Below, piece after piece: positions 6,441 through 12,641 of a stretch of 12,641 bases of DNA (positions are counted from its first letter, which is position 1; each line of letters opens with the position of its first letter). Below the pieces are notes generated by a model. The model made no database searches. It was given only the letters and a program-made list of their open reading frames with translations, and had not been told where the DNA came from. The stretch is taken from contig JAGHCW010000197.1 in assembly GCA_021160245.1 (NCBI GenBank), positions 1 to 12,641 on the forward strand. The letters are read 5' to 3'. The translations under genes and the position numbers were made by a program. Origin of the DNA: a bacterium. GTDB taxonomy: Bacteria > B130-G9.

Positions 6441-7883
6441 TCAATCGGCGCCCGGCTGCTGCGCCTCAATGGTCTTCTGCTCGCCCGAGGCGTCTTGATA
6501 CGGCTCTATGCCCAGACCTTCCATGATCACCTCAATTAGGGCGATGGCTTTGTGTTCCAGCGGCAGCACTTCCTTGAGCACCTCGGCCTGCTTGTTGCGC
6601 ATTTCCTGTGTCCACGCCTCATAGTTAACGGTGAAAGGAGACGGGATGTTTTCCTCACCCTCCTTTAACAGCTCGACCTGCTGGGCGTAGATGTCGGCCA
6701 GCCGCAGGACACTTTCTCGCATGCAGCCAAACACGCCGGCGTATGTCTTCAAAAACTTGACCGCCTCCCCTCTGTCGGCTATGAAGCGCTGATATATCCA
6801 GTGGTTACCGAGTAATATGTTATCGTGTTCTTGTGTGGAGATAGAGGCGATTGAGGCCTCATTGCCGAGGAAATCTATCCAATGCTCAAGAGCGCTTGGC
6901 CCCGAATAATACGTGTCAAACTTCTTCGTTGTTCCCGCCTTGTAGGCTATCGCGAGCGATTGACGGACGGCCTCCTCGCCGGAGAGCGACTCGGATTTCT
7001 CCCCGAGGACCGCGGCCACCCACGGCGTCTTCTCAGCGATGTTGTAGTCATTCATCTCGCCATCAAAGCAGGAACGGCAGAAAAAGTCGCGCTTGCCGTT
7101 CTGGTAGCCGGTGATTATACCCCACTCGGGGACATATACGATGTCGATGCCGATAACGGGCAGGCCCCTGTCTATGCTCTTGATGATCTGCTGCCTCATC
7201 TCATCCTCGGTTAAGGCCTTCGGATCTACAGAATTCTCGCCTATCATCTCAAACCACTCTACTTCGCGCCCAAGCGCCTTAAGCAACTGCTTGGTGCAAT
7301 TGAGGCCCACACCGGGGTCCGGTGAGCTTGGGCATAGCTGCTCGTGAACTTGCAGTCTGAAGGCGCTGCCGGAGATGCCCATTAAGTAGTTGTAGTTGTG
7401 CTGCTCGCCGAAATGGGCCAGAACGCGCCTCGCACAAGCTATGAAGCTGCTTAGCTCGTTGCTCTCCATTGAGAGCGGCTCAATCCCCTCGATTATCTTC
7501 GCGTCCGGCATTCGATGGACCTTCGTCACTGTCTTGAGAGATACGCCGATCCTGCCGGGCGCAAGCGTGATGTCGATCTTCTCTTCGCCGCGTCGAATGA
7601 CAAGGCCGATGTCAGCCTTTCCGCCGGCGGCCTCGATGGCCGTGTGCAGGTCGAAGAGGCTTTCTATGGGCTTGCCGTCATACATAAGAATAACGTCGCC
7701 TGGCTTCAAGCCCTTGCTATCCGCCTGGCTTCTCGGGACCAATTGCTCGACCTCAATGTAACGCTCGACGGACTTCGGCGGCGCTGTGACCGCGGTCGTC
7801 TCCTGAACCTGATTACCTGCACAGCCCCAAAGAACCGCGACAGAAAGCAGCAATATGCAAAATAAACTCGCTTGCCTCATCAT
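6441..7883 (-). CDS. Secreted/lipoprotein with N-terminal PDZ domain and large uncharacterised C-terminal domain
   Basis: The signal peptide MMRQASLFCILLLSVAVLWGCAG has a possible lipobox Cys. A PDZ-like segment follows (GLKPGDVILMYDGKPIESLFDLHTAIEAAGGKADIGLVIRRGEEKIDITLAP). The ATG start has GAGGAG 7 nt upstream on the - strand. The roughly 330-aa C-terminal region has no family I can name from sequence alone. Confidence 0.7.
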   Translation of the reverse strand: MMRQASLFCILLLSVAVLWGCAGNQVQETTAVTAPPKSVERYIEVEQLVPRSQADSKGLKPGDVILMYDGKPIESLFDLHTAIEAAGGKADIGLVIRRGEEKIDITLAPGRIGVSLKTVTKVHRMPDAKIIEGIEPLSMESNELSSFIACARRVLAHFGEQHNYNYLMGISGSAFRLQVHEQLCPSSPDPGVGLNCTKQLLKALGREVEWFEMIGENSVDPKALTEDEMRQQIIKSIDRGLPVIGIDIVYVPEWGIITGYQNGKRDFFCRSCFDGEMNDYNIAEKTPWVAAVLGEKSESLSGEEAVRQSLAIAYKAGTTKKFDTYYSGPSALEHWIDFLGNEASIASISTQEHDNILLGNHWIYQRFIADRGEAVKFLKTYAGVFGCMRESVLRLADIYAQQVELLKEGEENIPSPFTVNYEAWTQEMRNKQAEVLKEVLPLEHKAIALIEVIMEGLGIEPYQDASGEQKTIEAQQPGAD

Positions 7884-8089
7884 TTTTCATCTCCTCAATG
7901 TTGAAAAAGGTATATAGATTGATGTCATCAACAGGGCTAAGACAGCCCTTTCAGGGGTGAGGGCCTCTCATGCCTCGTGATCCGTGGGTGGTACCCGCAG
8001 CTACTGTTGTTGTTCTCCTTCAGAGAACCTAAGGACATTCATAATACACAACCTATCTATCGAGCCAGGCACTGGCGCATTATCTCCAC

Positions 8090-8716
8090 TCACTGCGCTA
8101 GCGCTTGCGCAAACTGGTTTACAACCTCAAAATTGCGCCCGAAATCGAGAATAAGAAATCCTGAGACCGGTGTGCTGACGGCAGTGATCTCATGCGAACC
8201 ATTTTCCAGTTTATCTATCTTGAGCGTAACTCGGGATGCGTAGAAGGGCCTTGTGAACCCCTCAATACAGCCAACCTCTCGATCCACTACTCTCAACCTG
8301 ACGCCCAGGGACGAGACCGCCGAGAGAACATCGTCGAAGACCTGTTCAGGGCTGTGCTCCGGCCCGCGATGAACCACGCTGGATTGCGAGAGAAAAAGGG
8401 CTCTGCCATGAGGCGCGCCGTATTGCTTGCTCAGAGCGAGGCAGCGGTTCTTATCGTGCTTGACGACTGGCAATAAAATGGCCAGCGATATGATTGCGGA
8501 GACGAAACCGAATAGGATACCCATAACAACGACATCGCCAAATGAATATATGGGCAGCACCAGGGGATGGAGCGAGTCCTCCCGTATGATGTTTGGGCCG
8601 ACATAGAGCATGGCCACGATGACTCCTGCGCAGAAGAAGACGGAGACCGTAATCGTGATGCTCGCTACGAGTTTCGCGTATTGTCTCTTCATTCTGGTCT
8701 GAACGTGTGCTTTCAC
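8090..8716 (-). CDS. Small membrane protein with 2 TM helices and C-terminal soluble domain, unknown function
   Basis: Two hydrophobic helices are visible (ITITVSVFFCAGVIVAMLYV and VVVMGILFGFVSAIISLAILLPVV), followed by a roughly 120-aa soluble domain. The start is either GTG at 8716, overlapping the upstream stop as GTGA, or ATG at 8692. No clear Shine-Dalgarno precedes either, which fits translational coupling to the upstream FGE-domain gene. Confidence 0.6.
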   Translation of the reverse strand: MKAHVQTRMKRQYAKLVASITITVSVFFCAGVIVAMLYVGPNIIREDSLHPLVLPIYSFGDVVVMGILFGFVSAIISLAILLPVVKHDKNRCLALSKQYGAPHGRALFLSQSSVVHRGPEHSPEQVFDDVLSAVSSLGVRLRVVDREVGCIEGFTRPFYASRVTLKIDKLENGSHEITAVSTPVSGFLILDFGRNFEVVNQFAQALAQ

Positions 8717-9375
8717 TTGATCTCAATAGCCGGCGCTTTGCAGCAGCGAGCCCCATTGAAGACGTATCTGACAGATTTATCTAGCGTATAAGAGCTTCTG
8801 CAAGTCGAAAAACGGCCGCTAAGCCAACTTCCGCCGAAGATGACGGCGCTCTCCTTGTCGCTTGTCGTCCACTCTGAGACATTTCCGCTCATGTCGAAAA
8901 CGCCATAGCCACTAACGCAACCTGGAAACGTTCCCGACGGGAAGGCTTTGCTGCCGTTCATCATCCACTCCTGCTCCGTGTTGCAGGTCTCTGGAAAGTA
9001 GGAGACTCCATAAGGATAGGCGGTCTGTGCCGGGCCCTGGCACGCCGATTGCCATTCGCCGCCTGTGCAGAGCCTCTTGCCAGCCTTGAAGCAGAGCGAC
9101 TCGGCCTCGATCCAAGATATGTCGAGAATCGGCATCACTCCGATTTCATTGGGGTACTCGAAAAGATCGATGCAGAATGCCTCCTGCATCTCGCCGTCCC
9201 GGATTTTCATGGACGGAACAAGCGCCATGCCTGGGGGGCATATCAGCGATACTGTCGGAATGCGTTCCTCAAGAGTCTCGGGAGCATCCGGCGCAGCAGT
9301 TTCATCCTGTCCAAAGCCAATCATCGGTTGGCCGAAAAGGCATAGCGCGAAGCAGAATGCCAAAAAGCGTGTCAT
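8713..9375 (-). CDS. Secreted formylglycine-generating-enzyme (FGE-sulfatase/SUMF1) domain protein
   Basis: The N-terminal signal peptide is MTRFLAFCFALCLFGQPMIGFG. The hallmark FGE-sulfatase motif GVFDMSGNVSEWT is present, with flanking conserved Trp/Gly/Cys pattern and a C-terminal RCCKAP. A strong AGGAGG RBS sits about 9 nt upstream of the ATG on the - strand. Confidence 0.8.
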   Translation of the reverse strand: MTRFLAFCFALCLFGQPMIGFGQDETAAPDAPETLEERIPTVSLICPPGMALVPSMKIRDGEMQEAFCIDLFEYPNEIGVMPILDISWIEAESLCFKAGKRLCTGGEWQSACQGPAQTAYPYGVSYFPETCNTEQEWMMNGSKAFPSGTFPGCVSGYGVFDMSGNVSEWTTSDKESAVIFGGSWLSGRFSTCRSSYTLDKSVRYVFNGARCCKAPAIEIK

Positions 9376-9583
9376 GTTCGCATCCCTCCTAAGTACCGTT
9401 CTAATGTGCGCTTGAATGATTGTGAATCTAATCTCTTATATTGTGAGCTGCAAGCGCGATTACGTTACCCCCATAATCAGATTGACTGCAAAGAACATGT
9501 TGGAATAAGCGCGCTTCCTCGCTGTCCGGGGGAGTACGAGCTAAAAGGGGATCAGTCAGTGAGATGCACCAGCTGGGTGATTG

Positions 9584-9757
9584 TGGAGTGCGGAGGCTTG
9601 ACGCCGCTTTGGCTGGCCGCGGTTTGACGCGGCATCGACCTTATGTCAATTGGCGTCCGGGTCGAAAGATCGTTGTCTGAAAGGTCAAAAAGGCAATTCA
9701 TGAGAGAGTGGTGTCAAGCCACCACCAATCAAGGCGGAGTCAAGCCTCCGCACTCCA
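9584..9757. repeat. Symmetric TTGAC-core repeat element with 19-bp perfect inverted arms (MITE/REP-like or multi-site operator)
   Basis: The 19-bp arms at 9584-9602 (TGGAGTGCGGAGGCTTGAC) and 9739-9757 are exact reverse complements. Inner TTGAC and GTCAA units at 9624-9628 and 9713-9717 are each offset 26 bp from the outer ones. All four units are symmetric about the same centre near 9670.5. Two adjacent 6-bp-stem hairpins with identical TCAAGC loops lie at 9708-9725 and 9734-9751. Confidence 0.6.
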
Positions 9758-9826
9758 AAAAGCCACAGCCGCCTGCGTCAATCTGATTACTGGGGCGTTA
9801 CATTCGATAATCGATTAAGACAATGA

Positions 9827-10627
9827 CTATTTCGGCCGGAAGGTTATTGTTATGGTGCCCCATTCGACGTAGTCCTTGCCCTCCGGAAGAGATGCGAATC
9901 TCAGCGCGCGGACGTATTGGGCGGAGTAGTTGTCCAATGTGGCATCCAGTTTTCTCTCAAAGATAATTCTTGAGACCGCGCCGTCCGGCTGGACCCAGAA
10001 CTTAATGGCAACGCTCCCCGGAGTTGTGATCTCGACCTTGCTCTGCGGGGCCCTATAGACGATACTCCTTGCGGAAACGGGACCGGCAATGGCCTCAACG
10101 TTGACTGGGGACTTCCCCTTGGGGGCAGCGGAGCCTTTAGGCGCGGCGAAGTCCGGAAGACGGACACTCTCCTTTGGCTGAGCGGGCTGAAGCGACCATA
10201 AATTGTTTCGCTCCCTACCCGTGCGGCCAACGTCCCGGCTGGATGTCGCGAGCCTCGAAAGCGTCTTTTCGATCATCTCTGGCAGCCGCTTTTGAGGAAG
10301 GTCGAGCTCGTCCACTTCCAGGTTGTCATCTGCGGGAGCTGCCCGAGGACTGCGAATGAATGCGCCAAGCGGCAACTGCTGAGCGAAGGCGATTGTTGAG
10401 CTATCCAGCTCCGAGAGAAGCCTCGCCTCATCCTCTGAGGCGCCAAACGCCACCGCTTCGTAGCCCAACGCTCCATAGTCCAGCGGAAATAGGTCCACCT
10501 CGATCAGTTCTTCCATCGCTTTGTGCTTGGGAACAGCCGCCGGGACTGGGATAAGCAGAATGGCAAGCAAGTGAATGGCGACCGAGGCCAGGAGACCCCA
10601 GATGATGCAGTGTCTATCGGACGACAT
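9827..10627 (-). CDS. TonB C-terminal-domain membrane protein (energy transducer TonB family-like)
   Basis: The N-terminal TM helix is CIIWGLLASVAIHLLAILLIPVP, followed by a Pro/Ala-rich linker (AAPKGSAAPKGKSP). The C-terminal GSVAIKFWVQPDGAVSRIIFERKLDATLDNYSAQYVRALRFASLP fits the TonB_C pattern. ATG at 10627 is preferred; ATG at 10660 would overlap the upstream gene by 47 nt. The 14-nt overlap with the BMC-P gene and the absence of an SD both suggest coupling. Confidence 0.5.
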   Translation of the reverse strand: MSSDRHCIIWGLLASVAIHLLAILLIPVPAAVPKHKAMEELIEVDLFPLDYGALGYEAVAFGASEDEARLLSELDSSTIAFAQQLPLGAFIRSPRAAPADDNLEVDELDLPQKRLPEMIEKTLSRLATSSRDVGRTGRERNNLWSLQPAQPKESVRLPDFAAPKGSAAPKGKSPVNVEAIAGPVSARSIVYRAPQSKVEITTPGSVAIKFWVQPDGAVSRIIFERKLDATLDNYSAQYVRALRFASLPEGKDYVEWGTITITFRPK

Positions 10628-10880
10628 GGGTCTGGTCCACGATTCCGACGACGCACGCATCGACTGGAAGCTCGACGCCGAAGGGGTTACAAGCCTCTTT
10701 TCCAGAGACCCACAAGACGAACTCTGAGGCGCCCGCGCCGACCGAATCCAGCACGACTATTGGACTTCCGGCCGGCGTCCGATCGCTCCGCATAGGCTGC
10801 ATTAGCAGCAATCTCTTGCCGTTAAGTCGCTCGTCCTTGCGCGTCGCGACCACGTTCCCTATTATTTTGCCAAGCCTCAT
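10614..10880 (-). CDS. Bacterial microcompartment vertex protein (BMC-P, EutN/CcmL/PduN family)
   Basis: The 88-aa product MRLGKIIGNVVATRKDERLNGKRLLLMQ...VVLDSVGAGASEFVLWVSGKEA...VDACVVGIVDQTHVV is collinear with EutN (MKLAVVTGQIVCTV...AIDNIGAGTGEWVLLVSGSSAR...DLCVIGIVDEV). ATG at 10880 has a GGAGA RBS 8 nt upstream on the - strand. Confidence 0.8.
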   Translation of the reverse strand: MRLGKIIGNVVATRKDERLNGKRLLLMQPMRSDRTPAGSPIVVLDSVGAGASEFVLWVSGKEACNPFGVELPVDACVVGIVDQTHVVR

Positions 10881-11127
10881 GCCACGATTCTCCGTTTAAG
10901 GTCAGGGGGCTTTCTAGCCTGCCACACAATCCGAACAATCATCTGCGATACAATTGCCCGATTATACAATCAGACAACAATTGGCAGATTTGAAAGTCCG
11001 TCCAACGCCTTTCCGACTTGCGATTGAAAACACAGCCAGCTATGATTGCCCCTTGGGCAAGTAGTCTATAGCATAATCTCAGTCCTTGCTCAAATGATGA
11101 TTTCTAGACTACTGCAAGAGGGAGACC
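10881..11127. promoter_or_regulatory. Divergent control region between BMC-P/TonB-like operon (-) and AI-2E transporter (+) with ACAAT repeat array and a 9-bp inverted repeat
   Basis: Five ACAAT repeats sit at 10926, 10935, 10950, 10966 and 10977; they read ATTGT on the - strand. They flank a perfect - strand TATAAT at 10961-10966, about 80 nt upstream of the BMC-P ATG. The 9-bp inverted repeat AGTAGTCTA (11060-11068) and TAGACTACT (11104-11112) brackets a CATAAT -10-like hexamer at 11072-11077 just upstream of the transporter gene. An AGGGAG RBS lies at 11118-11123. Confidence 0.4.
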
Positions 11128-12399
11128 ATGGCAGCAAATAGCGGTCGCGGAAGGTCTGATCTTATCGCGAAGACCGCCATTGTGACGTTGAGCGTTGCGG
11201 GCGTTCTATGTGGGTTTTACATAATTTACGAGCTGCGTTCTCTCATCTACATGATGCTCTTCGCGTCTATTATTGCGTATGCTCTAAGCCCAATCGTCGG
11301 TCGAATGGAAGACGCGGGCATAAATCGCACGCTAGGCATAATCGTCATCACCACGCTGATAACTGGCGGCATTGTCGCCTTGCTGCTTTTTGTTATCCCC
11401 ACAATACTCAGGGAGATAGCGGAGTTCTTCCAGGGGTTTCCGACCTACTTCGAGCAAGGCCGTGCATTGCTTATATCCCTCTGGGAGAGGTTCTTTGGCG
11501 AGAGCTTCCCATCCAACGTCCAGTCGTTTCTGGATACTATCGCTCCCAGTTCGGCCACGCTGAAATCCATCGCATCAAAGGCCATCAAACCTCTCGGAAC
11601 GCTTCTTGCAGGGGCATTCACCGGCGTCGTTGGATTCATCGTATGGATTGTTGGGCTTGCAATTGCCCCGGTGGTGATATTCTATCTGTTGCGTGATTTT
11701 GAGCGAATTGTGGACGGCGCGGTCGCGCTAATTCCTGTCAGCCGAAAGGAAACTGTGGTGAGTTTATTCAAAGAGATCAATGAGACGCTGGGGAATTTAA
11801 TTCGAGGCCAGCTGCTGGTTGCGCTAATTCTCTCGATTTTCTACAGCGCGGGATTCTATTTTATCGGCGTTCCTTATGCAGTACTACTCGGCTTCATATC
11901 GGGCTCTGCAAACATCATCCCCTACTTCAGCCTCGTCGTCGGTCTAATCCCCGCCATTGTGGTCGCCTCCATTCACTTCGCAAACTGGGTTGAGCCGCTC
12001 TACGTGGTCCTTCTCTTCGCAGTGGTCCAGACGCTGGAGGGTTTTGTCTTAACCCCTAAGATAGTCGGGAAAAAGGTCGGCCTGCATCCGCTTCTGATCA
12101 TCCTCGCGCTCCTCGTCGGCGCCTCGTTGGGCGGCATAGTAGGTGTGCTCCTGGCCGTGCCAAGCGCGGCTGTGTTGAAGGTAGTCGTAACGCATTTCCA
12201 TCGGAAACTGAAGGGCAGAACTGAGCAGGAGGAGGCATCGGGATCATCCATTGATGGCGAGATCACGCAAGAGCAAAGCCCTGATGCGGCTCCGCACGTC
12301 GATTCAAAGACCTCGCCGGCAATTGAGGCTCAAAAAGATGGCGAAGAGGCCCAGCAGAATGATGAGCGACAGGGCAAGGACCCTTGCCAATCATCGTAG
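11128..12399 (+). CDS. AI-2E family transporter (UPF0118/PerM-type permease)
   Basis: The protein is polytopic, with about 8 hydrophobic helices. Its conserved C-terminal core (QTLEGFVLTPKIVGKKVGLHPLLIILALLVGASLGGIVGVLLAVP) is typical of the AI-2E_transport family. ATG at 11128 has a good RBS, and the C-terminal tail is acidic/Gln-rich and disordered. Confidence 0.85.
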   Translation: MAANSGRGRSDLIAKTAIVTLSVAGVLCGFYIIYELRSLIYMMLFASIIAYALSPIVGRMEDAGINRTLGIIVITTLITGGIVALLLFVIPTILREIAEFFQGFPTYFEQGRALLISLWERFFGESFPSNVQSFLDTIAPSSATLKSIASKAIKPLGTLLAGAFTGVVGFIVWIVGLAIAPVVIFYLLRDFERIVDGAVALIPVSRKETVVSLFKEINETLGNLIRGQLLVALILSIFYSAGFYFIGVPYAVLLGFISGSANIIPYFSLVVGLIPAIVVASIHFANWVEPLYVVLLFAVVQTLEGFVLTPKIVGKKVGLHPLLIILALLVGASLGGIVGVLLAVPSAAVLKVVVTHFHRKLKGRTEQEEASGSSIDGEITQEQSPDAAPHVDSKTSPAIEAQKDGEEAQQNDERQGKDPCQSS

Positions 12400-12641
12400 C
12401 GCGGATTGATCCCGGCTCGGCTGCGGACGGTCTAATACCCCCCGGCGCTGCGATAACAGTGGTCAACGACGAGCGCATTGACGACCCCATAGACTTCATG
12501 TTCGCCGCACAAGACTGCCAGCTGGACATCTCGTTTGTTGGCCCCGATAAAAGGCGCTGCTCAGCGCTGATACATCGGACCGCCGGGGAGCAGATCGGGC
12601 TCACATTCGAGCCAATCAAGCCCAAAATGTGCCCAAATAAC
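12384..12641 (+). CDS. 5' portion of a PDZ-domain / radical-SAM (DUF512-like) protein gene, truncated by window end
   Basis: An open frame runs from the in-frame stop at 12363-12365 to the window end. A TTG start at 12384 has AAGGA 6 nt upstream and overlaps the transporter gene by 16 nt. The translation IVARIDPGSAADGLIPPGAAITVVNDERIDDPIDFMFAAQDCQLDISFVG is a PDZ-like fold. The last residues, KMCPNN, look like the beginning of a CxxxCxxC radical-SAM cluster motif, as in PDZ-DUF512 proteins. It is not in the ORF track because there is no stop in the window. Confidence 0.5.
   Translation, partial: MPIIVARIDPGSAADGLIPPGAAITVVNDERIDDPIDFMFAAQDCQLDISFVGPDKRRCSALIHRTAGEQIGLTFEPIKPKMCPNN

Noticed and set aside
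6851-7865. + strand ORFs (87-121 aa) inside the lipoprotein gene
   Set aside because: They are antisense to a CDS with a signal peptide, PDZ domain and strong RBS. Their compositions are Arg/Ser-rich with no motifs.
7933-7949. Hairpin AGGGCT-aagac-AGCCCT in the 7884-8089 intergenic region as a terminator for the membrane-protein gene
   Set aside because: It is about 140 nt from the stop codon, lacks a U-tract on the transcribed (-) strand and has only a 6-bp stem, so it is not convincing as an intrinsic terminator. The nearby palindrome TTGATG-T-CATCAA (7919-7931) may instead be an operator for the lipoprotein promoter.
8912-9415. ORFs antisense to the FGE-domain gene (67, 98, 116, 71 aa)
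   Set aside because: They overlap a gene that has a clear signal peptide, domain motif and strong RBS.
9406-9627. 73-aa + strand ORF in the FGE/TonB intergenic gap
   Set aside because: It has no RBS, its 3' end runs into the TTGAC repeat element, and its product has no recognisable features. It is more likely non-coding, though a small protein cannot be excluded without expression data.
12263-12625. 120-aa - strand ORF at the window end
   Set aside because: It is antisense to both the transporter C-terminus and the PDZ/radical-SAM 5' fragment, both of which have better coding evidence.
1-12641. CRISPR arrays, tRNA/rRNA genes, transposase or integrase genes
   Set aside because: No regularly spaced direct repeats, no cloverleaf-compatible segments and no recombinase-like ORFs were seen on either strand.

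Overview
A 12.6 kb GC-rich bacterial chromosomal segment with compact, mostly overlapping genes. No rRNA, tRNA, CRISPR array or transposase is visible.

The + strand (293..6360) carries five tightly packed, probably co-transcribed genes. In order they are a dGTP-triphosphohydrolase-like HD protein, a TrpH/YciV-like PHP phosphoesterase, a geranylgeranyl-reductase-family flavoprotein, a large MrfA/YprA-type superfamily-2 helicase with a C-terminal Cys4 (DUF1998) module, and, 4 nt after the helicase stop, a tandem-BMC-domain shell protein. That last protein aligns along its whole length to PduT, including the pore Cys that ligates the PduT [4Fe-4S] cluster.

The - strand carries a PDZ lipoprotein with a large uncharacterised C-terminal domain, a two-gene cassette (secreted FGE-sulfatase-domain protein plus a small 2-TM membrane protein), and a TonB-C-terminal-domain membrane protein. 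The TonB-like gene is translationally coupled to an EutN/CcmL/PduN-type BMC vertex (BMC-P) gene. A divergent AT-rich control region (10881..11127) separates the BMC-P operon from an AI-2E family transporter. A 3'-partial gene for a PDZ-radical-SAM (DUF512-like) protein runs off the window end.

The headline oddity is two microcompartment shell components (BMC-T and BMC-P) that are dispersed, sit in different operons, and are wired to a helicase/nuclease/dNTPase cluster and to a TonB-like protein. No hexameric BMC-H gene and no metabolosome cargo enzyme is present in the window.

Non-coding structure includes a symmetric TTGAC-core repeat element with 19-bp perfect inverted arms (9584..9757) and an ACAAT/ATTGT repeat array over the BMC-P promoter. 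All functional calls rest on motif and fold recognition by eye; no searches were run.
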